This document shows, in pieces, positions 56,791-64,000 of a stretch of DNA of 64,000 bases. Numbering within the stretch: position 1 is the stretch's first letter; every line of letters begins with the position of its first letter. This DNA comes from Cyanobacteria bacterium UBA3301. GTDB taxonomy: Bacteria > Cyanobacteriota > Vampirovibrionia > Gastranaerophilales > Gastranaerophilaceae. Under the pieces are notes generated by a model that worked only from the letters and a program-made list of their open reading frames with translations, had not been told where the DNA came from and made no database searches. Made by a program: the position numbers and the translations under genes. The stretch covers positions 510 to 64,509 of the forward strand of contig DESZ01000030.1 of the NCBI GenBank assembly GCA_002361485.1, read 5' to 3'.

Positions 56791-57858
56791 ATGGCTGAAA
56801 AAAAGAAAAAAATTTTACTGATAAAGTTATCGTCACTGGGAGACGTTATTTTTAATATACCTTTAGCGAACGCTTTGAAAGATGCAGGATATGAGGTTAC
56901 TTGGCTTGTTTCCGAAAAAGGAATTGATATTGTAAAAAATAATCCTTGCGTTGACAATGCCATACTTGTTCCGATGAAAATTTGGAAAAAACGCGGGCCG
57001 TCATTTGAAAGTTTTAAAGAGTATTTAGCTATATTAAAACAATTAAGAAAAGAAAAGTTTGATATAGCAATAGATTCTCAAATGATGCTAAAAAGTCTTT
57101 ATTGGATGTTGTTTTGCGGAGCAAAACGAAGAATAATTTCAAAAGAAGGGCGTGAATTATCACTTTTAGGCGGAAATGAATGGATAGATAATATTTCATA
57201 TAAACCTGATTCCCCCATTGTTATGAATTATTTGCGATACGCAAACCATTTGGGGATAGATGTCAAACCTGAAGACATAAAGGTTACCCTGCCGCCAAGA
57301 ACAGAAGAACAAATAAAAAAAGTAAACGATTTATTATCCCAAACGGATAAATCCAAAAAGACGATAGTAATTTCGCCGGCAACTACTTGGGGTAACAAGC
57401 ATTGGGATAAAGATAATTGGAAAAACCTTATTGATAAATTATCTTCCAAATATAATCTTGTTTATACGGGCGGGCCTGACAATAACGAATTGATAGAATA
57501 TATTTCAAACGGAAACGGAATAAACCTTGCAGGGAAAACAAATATATTAGAACTTGCGGAAGTTTTTTCAAGAGCGGATTTAGTTTTATCACCTGATTCA
57601 GGAAGCGCGCATTTAGCTTGGGCTACAAGGAAACCTAAAGTTATTGCAATATTTACATGCACACCCAAAGAGGTTCTCGGACCACTCGGAGACAAAAACA
57701 AATACATATCACTCGGCGGAACAGGCTTGAATTGCCAACCTTGCTTTAAACGGAAATGCAAACAGAAAAATAATGCTTGTACTCATACCCCGACAGTTGA
57801 TGAAGTATTTAATACCGTCGAAAATATGATTAATAATTATTCTTCCGCTAAAAATTGA
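56791..57858 (+). CDS. glycosyltransferase family 9 (LPS heptosyltransferase-like)
   Basis: N-terminal ILLIKLSSLGDVIFNIPLANALK and C-terminal SPDSGSAHLA, both typical of GT9. Confidence 0.85.
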   Translation: MAEKKKKILLIKLSSLGDVIFNIPLANALKDAGYEVTWLVSEKGIDIVKNNPCVDNAILVPMKIWKKRGPSFESFKEYLAILKQLRKEKFDIAIDSQMMLKSLYWMLFCGAKRRIISKEGRELSLLGGNEWIDNISYKPDSPIVMNYLRYANHLGIDVKPEDIKVTLPPRTEEQIKKVNDLLSQTDKSKKTIVISPATTWGNKHWDKDNWKNLIDKLSSKYNLVYTGGPDNNELIEYISNGNGINLAGKTNILELAEVFSRADLVLSPDSGSAHLAWATRKPKVIAIFTCTPKEVLGPLGDKNKYISLGGTGLNCQPCFKRKCKQKNNACTHTPTVDEVFNTVENMINNYSSAKN

Positions 57859-58058
57859 GGAATCTCAACATCCGGAGTACCGATAACTCTAACTAACTCT
57901 AATACGGATGCTTTCATTTGACACTTTTGGGATGAACCGCTGAAGAAATCTTTGTAATAGCATCCTTCACAATTGCATCCTCTTTTATAACATTCTACAG
58001 CCGTTGCAGTCCATCTTCTGACTGCTACCGCTCTGCCCATATCTCTACTTCTAAACAA
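57837..58058 (-). CDS. small Cys-rich hypothetical protein (CxCxxC)
   Basis: 67-73 aa (TTG 58058 or ATG 58040) with an RGCNCEGCYY motif. A sigma70-like promoter lies about 100 nt upstream. Its 3' end overlaps the convergent GT9 gene by 22 nt. Confidence 0.5.
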   Translation of the reverse strand: MFRSRDMGRAVAVRRWTATAVECYKRGCNCEGCYYKDFFSGSSQKCQMKASVLELVRVIGTPDVEIPQFLAEE

Positions 58059-58169
58059 TTTATTTTATCTCCACTTATCTGAACTAAAACAGACGCAAGA
58101 ATACAATGATATATCTCGCGACATCTCCCCTAAAGCCGTCGTATCAATGTCTTTCAACTTTATATACCA

Positions 58170-58197
58170 ATTATAAAAAATAAGCATGATTTTTCAA
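58170..58197 (-). promoter_or_regulatory. candidate sigma70 promoter (TTGAAA-16-TATAAT) for the small Cys-rich gene
   Basis: Minus strand reads TTGAAA aatcatgcttattttt TATAAT. Confidence 0.45.
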
Positions 58198-58317
58198 GAG
58201 AAAAACATGTCGATATTAAGTTTTGTAACAAGCCCCTAACTCCCACTCCACGCCTATTTTAGGCACTTCTCAACACCCTCGAAACCATGTCATGCCATGG
58301 ATTTAAGCCATCCTAAA

Positions 58318-58353
58318 ACATGCAAAGCCATGTCAGTACATGGTTTTGCATGT
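58318..58353 (+). other. 16-bp stem / 4-nt loop hairpin in a non-coding island
   Basis: ACATGCAAAGCCATGT cagt ACATGGTTTTGCATGT. All positions pair on the plus-strand RNA (one G-U), whereas the minus strand would have an A-C mismatch. Confidence 0.5.
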
Positions 58354-58714
58354 GTATATAAAGTATTAAGTTTTGTAAAAATATGCGTATTTTATTGGTT
58401 TTTAAGCATGTCAAATTAATTTTTTCAAAACAAAAGGGCATGACCCATCACAAAATCATGCCGCTTTTGTGGCGAAAAATTCTTATCAGGTCATGCAATC
58501 TGAAAAAAATTATCGCCTTAAGAACTTGCCCATTTATGTTGCATGCCCGTTAAAGTCACGGTGTAACTCGAGCGAAGTTCAATCATCTACATATTGAATA
58601 ATAATATTTTTCAATTTAATTTTCATTCCCTGTTAGTTTAGCTTTTTGTTTAATACTTTTAGGTAATGAATTTTCATAAAATGTAATCAACAATTCACTT
58701 ATAGGAGAATAAAT

Positions 58715-59116
58715 ATGGTTTGCAAAATGATGCTTTTTGATTACAGAGATTTTGAAAAACACTATTTTGAAAAAGCAAATTTAGACAATTTTGATATAAA
58801 ATTTTACGATTTCCCGCTAAATGACGAAACAATAAATCATATTCCGATTGAAGAAATAGAAAAAACCAACGCAATAAGCGTTTTCACCACATCAAAAGTA
58901 AATGATGAAATTCTTGATAGATTCAAAAACTTGCGAGTGATTTCAACGCGCTCTGCCGAGTATTCGCATATAGATTTAAAATCTTGTATAAATAAGAATA
59001 TCGCACTCGTGAATGTAGAAACCCCATGGCAAGATGTGCCAAATTATATTCTATTGCAAACCTTCAAAAAAATAACGGAAGTTCTTTGCGGCTGCAGAGA
59101 TAATCGAATAGTATAA
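58715..59116 (+). pseudogene. truncated D-isomer-specific 2-hydroxyacid dehydrogenase (N-terminal catalytic-domain fragment only)
   Basis: 133 aa resembling the N-terminus of the D-lactate/2-hydroxyacid dehydrogenase family (MLFDYRDFEKHYF...NLRVISTRSAEYSHIDL...NIALVNV). The NAD-binding GxGxxG Rossmann domain is absent and the ORF stops 1 nt before the convergent gene. It still has an AGGAG Shine-Dalgarno. Confidence 0.5.
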
Positions 59117-59776
59117 TTATTTTTGCATAATCTGAACAGATATTGCACCAAAGAAAAAATCTTTTCGTTTGACAAACTTGAAACCTGCATTTTCAAACTC
59201 TTCAATTATCTCATCGGGCTGCGGGTATTCATTTTTAGTATTTATGAGATATTCGTAATTCGAAGATTTTTTTTTGCAAACTTTTACTATATAAGGCACA
59301 ATAAAATCAAAAATTTTACTTAAAAAATTATGTTCGCCGAAATCAAGATGTAAAAATTGACCGTTTGGTTTTAAAACACGATAAATTTCTTCCAAAGCTT
59401 TTTGTCTGTTTTCGACATTACGAAGCCCAAAACCCATTGTAATGACATCAAACTCATTTTCACCAAAAGCTAAATCCGTAACATCACCTTGTATAAAAAC
59501 ACCATGCGGATTTTTCGATTTTGCAATTTTTATCATTTCTTTTGAAAAATCCAAACCGATAACACGCAATCCGCTTTTGCTTAAAATACGCACAAAATCA
59601 CCCGTTCCGCAGCAGGCATCCAATATCATCATATTTTCGCGAAGCTCAAGCTGTTTTAGCGCAAAAAGTTTTATAATATAGTGACTGCCAAAAGAGATTA
59701 TATTGTTCATATAATCATAATATGATGCGATTTCATCAAACATTTCAGAGATTTTTAAAGGATTTTTGTCTTGCAT
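59117..59776 (-). CDS. ubiE: class I SAM-dependent methyltransferase, UbiE/MenG (demethylmenaquinone methyltransferase)-like
   Basis: N-terminal YDYMNNIISFGSH block typical of UbiE/MenG and SAM motif ILDACCGTGD. Confidence 0.8.
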   Translation of the reverse strand: MQDKNPLKISEMFDEIASYYDYMNNIISFGSHYIIKLFALKQLELRENMMILDACCGTGDFVRILSKSGLRVIGLDFSKEMIKIAKSKNPHGVFIQGDVTDLAFGENEFDVITMGFGLRNVENRQKALEEIYRVLKPNGQFLHLDFGEHNFLSKIFDFIVPYIVKVCKKKSSNYEYLINTKNEYPQPDEIIEEFENAGFKFVKRKDFFFGAISVQIMQK

Positions 59777-60094
59777 AGTTTATTTATTATAACAAAACTT
59801 AATATATTCAGTAATCATATTTCGGATTGTAAAGCAGATTTTTAAAGTTCAATCTTTCGATTGAGTTTGTCATTTTTTTATCATTTTTAAAAATGAAAAG
59901 TGTTGATTTTACACATTTCTAACTACATTTATTATGTAAATTTTTGTTAAATATTTATATTAAAAATTTAAGAAATATAGAAAACATGTCGTTACATGTA
60001 TTATAATATATATAGAAGATATACTTCTAAACAACATGCTTGTAATTACCCTCAAATATTTTGATATAATCAAAATAGAAAGGTGGCGATATAT

Positions 60095-61723
60095 ATGAGC
60101 AACCTGCAATTCCAAAACGATTTGGACAAATTGGTAGAAATTTTACCACAGAAGATTCGTGAGTGCATTAATTATCAGAATATGGACGATGCAATAGAAA
60201 TCGTGGTTGATTTAGGCAGAGTTCCTGAAATACGTCATTCTGACGGTCATATTGAATATTTACAAGCCCCTGATGTTACAGATGAAGATATTGAGTTTAT
60301 AACTTCGCGAGTACAGGAATTTACTTCCGACAATCGTTCAGGTATCGCAGGAACGCTACACAGAATTTCTGCAATCCGTAACAGGCAAGGAAAAATTGTC
60401 GGGCTAACCTGCCGTATCGGACGCGTTGTAACGGGCACTATTTCCTGTATAAAAGATATATGTTTACAAAATAAAAGTATTCTGTTTTTAGGGCGTCCGG
60501 GAGTCGGAAAAACAACAAAATTGAGAGAAATTTCACGTTTGGTAGCCGACGAACTTGCAAAACGTGTGGTTATCGTCGACACATCAAACGAAATTGCAGG
60601 GGACGGAGATGTGCCGCATCCTGCAGTCGGTCATGCCAGAAGAATGCAGGTTAGACAACCTGAATTTCAAAAAGATATTATGATTGAGGCAGTCGAAAAC
60701 CACACGCCTGAAGTCATAATAGTTGATGAAATCGGAACTGAAGAAGAAGCTCAAGCTGCCCGTACTATTGCAGAGCGCGGGGTAATGCTTATTGCAACAG
60801 CTCATGGTAACACATTAGAAAACCTTATCAAAAACCCGACACTATCGGATTTGGTCGGAGGTATTCAATCTGTTACATTGGGAGATGATGAAGCAAAACG
60901 CAGAGCATCTCAAAAAACCGTATTGGAACGTGAAAAACAACCGACATTTGATATTGTTATCGAGATATTAGACAGAAATACTTTAGCCGTATATAAAGAT
61001 ACAGCGGAAGCGGTAGATTATATATTGAGAGGATGGCCGATTAAGCCGGAGATTAGAAAAGTTGATAAAACTTACGAATTTACCGCTCCCGCACCGATTT
61101 CAAATACAAAAGTTCCAAATGTTATTGATAAAATCAATAAGCTTGACAATACGATTGAACATCCGGAAAGCTTAAAATTCAGCTTTTCAAGACAAAAATA
61201 TGTTGAAGATGTAAAAAAATTCAAAAAAATATATCTTTATGCCGTATCAAGAAGTATTGCGGAAAAAGTAATCGAACGTCTTGATTTGAATGCAGAAATA
61301 ACAAGAAACATTGAAGATGCCGATATAGTAATTGCACACAAAAACTTTGTAAAAGGCGGAGCAAAAGTTCTTTCTACAGCAGAAAAAGACAGACTGCAGA
61401 TATTTTATGTAAAAACAAATTCAATGGCGCAAATACAAAAAATAATTAAACAGGCGCTTGATATTGCAGAGATGAATGAAACTCAAACGTTTTATGATAT
61501 AACAGAAAGTGCATTAGACGAAGCAAAAGCAGCTATTGAAAAAATCCTGACAGGTGTTGTGAAAGATATAGAGTTAAAACCGCAAAACCAACAAATACGA
61601 AAACTTCAACACGAGCTGGCAGAACAGCATAACCTTGAATCAACTTCTGTCGGCGAAGGTGAAAACCGCCACTTAAGACTTCGCGTTGTCGGAGGCACAG
61701 AATTTAAAGACAAAGAAAAATAA
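60095..61723 (+). CDS. R3H-domain AAA ATPase (Ycf45 / SpoIIIAA-like)
   Basis: Walker A GRPGVGKTT, Walker B IIVDEIGT, and a C-terminal R3H-like LQHELAEQHNLESTSVGEGENRHLRL. Start at ATG 60095, preceded by AAAGGTGG. Confidence 0.82.
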   Translation: MSNLQFQNDLDKLVEILPQKIRECINYQNMDDAIEIVVDLGRVPEIRHSDGHIEYLQAPDVTDEDIEFITSRVQEFTSDNRSGIAGTLHRISAIRNRQGKIVGLTCRIGRVVTGTISCIKDICLQNKSILFLGRPGVGKTTKLREISRLVADELAKRVVIVDTSNEIAGDGDVPHPAVGHARRMQVRQPEFQKDIMIEAVENHTPEVIIVDEIGTEEEAQAARTIAERGVMLIATAHGNTLENLIKNPTLSDLVGGIQSVTLGDDEAKRRASQKTVLEREKQPTFDIVIEILDRNTLAVYKDTAEAVDYILRGWPIKPEIRKVDKTYEFTAPAPISNTKVPNVIDKINKLDNTIEHPESLKFSFSRQKYVEDVKKFKKIYLYAVSRSIAEKVIERLDLNAEITRNIEDADIVIAHKNFVKGGAKVLSTAEKDRLQIFYVKTNSMAQIQKIIKQALDIAEMNETQTFYDITESALDEAKAAIEKILTGVVKDIELKPQNQQIRKLQHELAEQHNLESTSVGEGENRHLRLRVVGGTEFKDKEK

Positions 61724-61747
61724 TAAAAGCATAAATTTGTTCATACA

Positions 61748-61788
61748 AAATTATAGGCCGGCATATAATATGCCAGCCTATAATTTTA
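61748..61788. terminator. bidirectional intrinsic terminator
   Basis: attataggccggcata / tatgccagcctataat form a 16-bp stem with one mismatch, between convergent genes. Confidence 0.8.
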
Positions 61789-61797
61789 TTATTATTT

Positions 61798-62523
61798 TTA
61801 TTTTACTCTAAATGTTACGTTTGCAACTGACGTTACTTTTTTTCTAATTGAAGTCGTATCGCTTAAACCAGAATCCGACACATTATTTGAATCTTCCGGA
61901 GTAATTTGGAAAACGCCCATTTGAACCGATTGAATTTTTCCGACACGATTATGTGTAGCTTTCAACATCGCCGTTGCTCTTTGTTTAGCATCTTTTGAAG
62001 CTTTTTCCAACATTTCAACTTTCAAATCAGAAAGTTTTGAATAAAAGTATGAAGGTTCATATCCGCTGATATTAACACCTTGTTCTGTCAGAATATTAAT
62101 ATCTGTTGAAACTTTTTTAATTTTGTTAACATCATCAGATTTTACCGAGAATTTTTGACTTGCATTAAATCCTATTACATTGTCTGTTGAATTTCCGTTG
62201 GATGTATATTGATAAATATTATATCCGTTAATATATTTTTCCTCAATTTCATTATCTTTAAACCCTTGTTCTTTTAAATATTTAATAACAATCGGTTTTT
62301 GTTTTCTAATAATTCCGTACGCATTTGCTCTTGATGTCCCTCTTGCTTCCACTTCAAATTCGTATGAACCTCTGTCAGAAGTAACTATTTGAGAATTTGA
62401 CCCTGTAACGGTAATTACATCTCTTGATAATTTTGATGCAATAATTGAAGTTGCACATATCCCGCCTATTGCAAGAACTAAACCCAATAATAAAATTTGA
62501 AATTTTTCGATTTTTTCTAACAT
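61798..62523 (-). CDS. SIMPL (DUF541) domain periplasmic protein
   Basis: N-terminal TM/signal anchor and a C-terminal pattern typical of SIMPL (AKQRATAMLKATHNRVGKIQSVQMGVFQITPE). Start at ATG 62523, preceded by AAAGAGGGA. Confidence 0.75.
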   Translation of the reverse strand: MLEKIEKFQILLLGLVLAIGGICATSIIASKLSRDVITVTGSNSQIVTSDRGSYEFEVEARGTSRANAYGIIRKQKPIVIKYLKEQGFKDNEIEEKYINGYNIYQYTSNGNSTDNVIGFNASQKFSVKSDDVNKIKKVSTDINILTEQGVNISGYEPSYFYSKLSDLKVEMLEKASKDAKQRATAMLKATHNRVGKIQSVQMGVFQITPEDSNNVSDSGLSDTTSIRKKVTSVANVTFRVK

Positions 62524-62672
62524 TTCTATTCCCTCTTTCAAATATCATTTTATGCATAACAATCATAGATTAAAAATTATTAAAATCAATATTTATATAA
62601 AAAAATATTTTACAAAAAATTATTTTGAATTAGAATGTAAATTGTGGATTTTAGGAAAGGAGAAAAGGAATA

Positions 62673-63479
62673 ATGAAGAAAGTTTTATTAACTTTATTTG
62701 CATTTGTTATGGTAACAGTTCCTAGTTTTGCTTATGACGCGGCATCAAGAGTTCAACCTATCGGCGAACAATTATTGACCAAAAACGGCATATCCGCAAC
62801 AAATGTAAAATTTATGGTAGTATCTGATACACCGAACAATTCAAACTTTATTACAACAAAGGTTATTAATGTTTCCAGTGCCGAGTTAGCATTTGCAGGA
62901 AACGACAATGAAGTAGCTGCTGTTGTAGCAACCGAAATAGGACATTTAGTATATGGTCATGCTTCAAAAGCAAAAGTTATGACATTACTGCAATCAACCT
63001 CAACACCGACTTCAAATGATGCAACAAGTGAAATGATACAAACATTCTCTCAAAACTATAAAACAACAAAACAAGATAAAGAAGCAGATTTAGTTGCAGT
63101 TAATTTAATGGTAAACGCAGGTTATAATCCTTTAGCCTTGATTGTTGTTTTAACAAAACAAACAGGAACATATTGGGATACAATCATAGGCCGTCCTGCA
63201 AATGCAGAAAAAGCTTTGAACGTATATGATTATATCGCTTATGTTTATCCTGAAAAATTAAAAGTTGGATACGGATGTAATGAATACAGAAACTTTGTCG
63301 CTTATGCGCAACCGATTACCGAATTGAGAAATGCAAGCAAAAAACTTGTAAAAAAACACAATAAAACTTATTCAAAAGCAAAAACAAATACATTAAAGAA
63401 AATAGCTCAATTCAAAACAAGAGGAGGCGTAAGCGGCTGGGATGCTGTATACGGATTGCTTAGCGCACCACAACAATAA
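62673..63479 (+). CDS. secreted M48-like protein with a degenerate zinc motif
   Basis: Signal peptide. TEIGHLVYGH aligns with the HEMGHALLGH site of the paralog at 18988..20274, but the first His is Thr. Confidence 0.6.
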   Translation: MKKVLLTLFAFVMVTVPSFAYDAASRVQPIGEQLLTKNGISATNVKFMVVSDTPNNSNFITTKVINVSSAELAFAGNDNEVAAVVATEIGHLVYGHASKAKVMTLLQSTSTPTSNDATSEMIQTFSQNYKTTKQDKEADLVAVNLMVNAGYNPLALIVVLTKQTGTYWDTIIGRPANAEKALNVYDYIAYVYPEKLKVGYGCNEYRNFVAYAQPITELRNASKKLVKKHNKTYSKAKTNTLKKIAQFKTRGGVSGWDAVYGLLSAPQQ

Positions 63480-63497
63480 TTACACAGAATACAGACC

Positions 63498-63533
63498 AAA
63501 AGCTATGGTTCACACCATAGCTTTTTATTTTTT
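63498..63533 (+). terminator. intrinsic terminator
   Basis: aaaagctatggt / accatagctttt form a 12-bp stem with a 4-nt loop and a long T-run. Confidence 0.85.
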
Positions 63534-63541
63534 AACACTAT

Positions 63542-63573
63542 AGAAAAATGGTGAGAGCTTGCCGTCCCTCACC
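63542..63573 (-). terminator. intrinsic terminator for the partial minus-strand gene
   Basis: Minus strand reads GGTGAGGG acggcaag CTCTCACC followed by ATTTTTC. Confidence 0.6.
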
Positions 63574-63630
63574 AAATAATAAATGTATATTTACGCTTTT
63601 TATGTCAATTATACTTTCATCAGATGAACA

Positions 63631-64000
63631 TTACAACTTTTCTACATTTGCATTCATTGTTGTGCGGGTTGTATGTTCAAGATGTGCTTTTTGGGGGTAA
63701 ATATTATTCACGATAGTAGTGGTGTTTGCTAATTTTTGTCTTTGGGTTGGAGAAAGTTGTTTTAGAACTTTTCTGTTCCCCTCAGCCACAGTTTCATTTT
63801 GGTGGGAGAGGGTTTTGCTTGCCCTTTTGACTTCCTGTCTTCCTGATATCTTTGAATCTTTTTGTACTTTTTGTTTGTCATTTACCCCTTTACCTATCGC
63901 CCATCTGAAACCGAAGGTTAATGCAACACCGTTTCTTCCTCCGTGTCTTAGCATAGCTTGCCCGTAAGCAGAGAATTTATCCGCCCAGGTTCTTTGCAAC
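63631..64000 (-). CDS. 3' part of a gene running off the window; hypothetical, possibly an outer-membrane beta-barrel C-terminus plus a Lys/Gln/Thr-rich tail
   Basis: The open frame reaches the window edge. The segment GRNGVALTFGFRW resembles a terminal beta-strand. The product is otherwise unassignable. Confidence 0.45.
   Translation of the reverse strand, partial: LQRTWADKFSAYGQAMLRHGGRNGVALTFGFRWAIGKGVNDKQKVQKDSKISGRQEVKRASKTLSHQNETVAEGNRKVLKQLSPTQRQKLANTTTIVNNIYPQKAHLEHTTRTTMNANVEKL

Noticed and set aside
58383-58553. 56-aa basic ORF (MRILLVFKHVKL...) inside the CATG-rich island
   Set aside because: It has no SD and an implausible sequence. It is more likely non-coding, and the region is reported as a non-coding island instead.
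58059-58714. Replication origin (DnaA-box cluster) or a known housekeeping ncRNA (tmRNA, RNase P RNA, SRP RNA, 6S RNA) in the large intergenic region
   Set aside because: No TTATCCACA-like boxes are present, and none of the conserved cores of those RNAs that I can recall are present. The gene context (no dnaA or dnaN) does not suggest oriC.

Overview
AT-rich bacterial chromosomal window, visibly about one-third G+C (not computed), densely packed with roughly 70 genes. Most are housekeeping: ruvC, mtnA, trpS, folP, lgt, ruvX, tilS, hpt, clpP, ispE, coaE, rluB-like, rex, trmFO, adhE, thiL, hpf, rsmD and a ubiE/menG-like gene. Envelope genes point to a diderm: two TolC-family proteins, an MFP plus split MacB/DevCA-like ABC exporter, a TonB-like protein, Lgt and a GT9 heptosyltransferase. 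AdhE, Rex and a reverse rubrerythrin point to an anaerobic fermenter. A flagellar rod block (FlgF/G-like, FlgG-like, flgB, flgC) points to motility. Together with a Ycf45-like R3H AAA ATPase, this is compatible with a non-photosynthetic cyanobacterial relative (Melainabacteria/Gastranaerophilales-like), but that placement is only a tentative inference. I found no CRISPR array, transposase, integrase, reverse transcriptase, rRNA or recognisable defence system. The most unusual structure is at the only two tRNA genes, tRNA-Pro(CGG) at 3608..3681 and tRNA-Leu(UAG) at 38666..38744, both on the minus strand. Each is preceded by two near-identical tandem modules (105 bp and 144 bp). Every module restarts with the first 11-12 nt of that tRNA, continues into a structured segment (clearly G+C-rich at the Leu locus), and ends in a shared 15-nt motif TTGACAAYTAAATAT. 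The two module sequences are otherwise unrelated, so this looks like a recurrent tRNA-leader architecture rather than a single accidental duplication. Secondary items: a small Cys/Met-rich protein with three perfect 12-aa repeats kept intact by synonymous-only DNA divergence; a 114-aa protein ending in GG followed by a Cys/Ser-rich 15-mer, resembling an orphan RiPP or bacteriocin precursor; ATPase-less Clp modules (a ClpX zinc-finger-only protein and a triple Clp_N protein) near clpP; a near-consensus Rex operator in front of adhE; and a 650-bp CATG-rich non-coding island next to a truncated 2-hydroxyacid dehydrogenase. All functions are inferred from motifs read by eye. No database search was run.
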